The position numbers and the translations under genes are program-made. A stretch of DNA of 64,000 nt from Bugula neritina (Eukaryota; Animalia; Bryozoa). Of the stretch, positions 62,501 to 64,000 are shown piece after piece. The notes beneath the pieces were generated by a model that did no database searches, had not been told where the DNA came from, and was given only the letters and a program-made list of their open reading frames with translations. Where the stretch lies: positions 14,951,675 through 15,015,674 of the forward strand of contig OZ037768.1 in the NCBI GenBank assembly GCA_964035545.1, written 5' to 3'. Each line of letters opens with the position of its first letter. Position 1 is the stretch's first letter.

Positions 62501-64000
62501 CTGTAACATATTGAAAAACACTGCCACACATTGAAATATACCGCAACATACCGAAGTATATGGTAGCCTACTGAAATATACTGCGACATACTGAAATACA
62601 CTGTAACATACTAAAATACACTGCAACATACTGAAATACACTGTAACATATTAAAATACACTGCAACACACTGAAATATACTGAAACATACCGAAATATA
62701 TGGTAACCCACTGAAATATGTTGCAAACCACTGAAATATACTGCAACATACTGCAACATAATGAAGTATACTGCAACAGACTGAAATATACGGCAAGAAA
62801 CTGCAACACACTGAAATACACTGTAACATACTGAAGTACACTGCAACATACTGAAATATACTGCATGATACTGCAACATACTCATACACATTGTAAGATA
62901 CTGAAATACACTGCAACATACCGCAACATACTGCAACGTATTGAAATACACTGTAACATATTGAAAAACACTGCAACACATTGAAATATACTGCAACATA
63001 CTGAAACATACGGCAACATACTGAAATATACTGCGACACATTGAAATATAGTGCAACATACTGAAATATGCTGTAGCATACTGAAATACACTGCAATACA
63101 CTGAAGTATACTGTAATATACAGATTCGTACTGTAACATACTGAAACATACGGCAACATACTAAAATATACTGCGACACATTGAAAGATACTGCAACATA
63201 CTGAAATACACCGTAACATACTAAACTCCACTGCGACATTTTGAAATACACTGTAACACATTAAAATACACTGCAACACATTGAATTATACTGAAATACA
63301 TTGTAGGATACTGAAATACACTGCAAGATAATGCAACATAATGGAATATATGGTAACCTACTGAAATATGTTGAAAACTACTGAAATATACTGCAACATA
63401 ATGCAACATAATGAAAGATACTGCAACATACTGATATAAACTGCAAGATACTGCAACATACTGAAATACACTGCAACACACTGAAGTATACTGTAATATA
63501 CAGAAATGTACTGTAAAATACTGAAATATACTTCAACATACTGAAAACTACCTAAAAACATTGAAACATACTGATATACACTGAAACATACTGAAATACA
63601 CTGCAACACATTGGAATATACTGCAACATACTGAAATATATGGTAACCTACTGAAGTATGTTGCAAACAACTGAAATATACTGCAACATACTGAAATACA
63701 GCGTAACATACTGAAATACACTGCAACATACTGAAATACACTGTAACATATTGAAATACACTGCAACACACTGAAATATACTGAAACATACCGCAATATA
63801 TGGTAACCTACTGTAATATGTTGCAAACCACTGAAACATACTGCATCATCCTGCAACAAAATGAAATATACGGTAACACTGAAGCATACTGCAATATACT
63901 GAGATATACTGTAACATACTAAGACATACTGCAACATACCGAAAAATATGGTAACCTACTGAAATATGTTACAAACTACTGAAACATACTGCAACATACT
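59500..64000 (+). repeat. Third paralogue of the 42550-47050 block (offset 16952; 9202 from the second copy), without the 748-bp duplication
   Basis: Offsets 42415/59367, 45616/62568 and 46406/63358 are 16952. Offsets 51021/60223 and 52371/61573 are 9202. The block shares ATACTTTAAT, GATACTTAAC, CCGAAAAGTA and GTAGGATAC with the other two copies. Confidence 0.9.

Larger units (their letters stand above)
1..64000. repeat. Tandem satellite DNA array with a 10-bp monomer ACTG(C/A/T)AA(C/T)A(T/C), often alternating as the 20-bp dimer ACTGCAACAT-ACTGAAATAY. It extends beyond both window edges.
   Basis: The 10-base columns of the listing stay aligned on ACTG..AA.A. from first to last line. There is no unique sequence and no change of array orientation. 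The plus strand is A-rich and G-poor throughout. Confidence 0.99.

Noticed and set aside
601-63900. CRISPR-like or cassette-array reading of the regularly recurring landmark and GGTAACC modules
   Set aside because: The intervening sequence is the same satellite rather than unique spacers, spacing is hundreds to thousands of bp, and there is no cas, integrase or leader sequence.
133-63937. Hundreds of minus-strand ORFs of 62-283 aa
   Set aside because: They overlap in all three frames with the same repetitive peptide, recur at repeat offsets, have no recognisable domain, and follow directly from the stop-free reverse complement of the 10-mer.
1-64000. Resemblance to the Drosophila 10-bp satellite AATAACATAG (shared TAACATA) and the D. 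virilis 7-mer ACAAACT (inside TTACAAACTACT)
   Set aside because: The matches are only partial and short, and expected by chance in A/C-rich sequence. The consensus differs, so no family or host assignment is made.
1-64000. Telomeric repeat array
   Set aside because: There are no G-runs on either strand. The kilobase-scale higher-order copying of variants indicates recombination-based amplification, not telomerase templating.

Overview
The whole 64 kb window is one uninterrupted, single-orientation tandem satellite. It is built from a 10-bp monomer, consensus ACTG(C/A/T)AA(C/T)A(T/C), with dominant variants ACTGCAACAT, ACTGAAATAT, ACTGAAATAC and ACTGTAACAT. I see no credible gene, RNA gene, transposon or CRISPR array. 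Every listed ORF is a minus-strand artefact: the reverse complement of the monomer has no stop codon, while the plus strand has TGA/TAA in most monomers. The interest is architectural. A landmark with a 2-bp-short monomer (ACGGTAAC|ACTGAAGCAT) occurs 44 times and cuts the array into units of 648-2378 bp, whose lengths are 8 mod 10 apart from single-base indels. These units derive from one another by in-register deletions and chimeric fusions. They are amplified as successive and partly nested higher-order duplications of 5702, 6582, 4804, 2886, 7750, 748 and 1446 bp. Several fixed variant monomers create short dyads, including a perfect inverted copy of the monomer. This looks like eukaryotic heterochromatic or centromere-type satellite, but host and function cannot be determined from the sequence. 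I did not find a new gene system.
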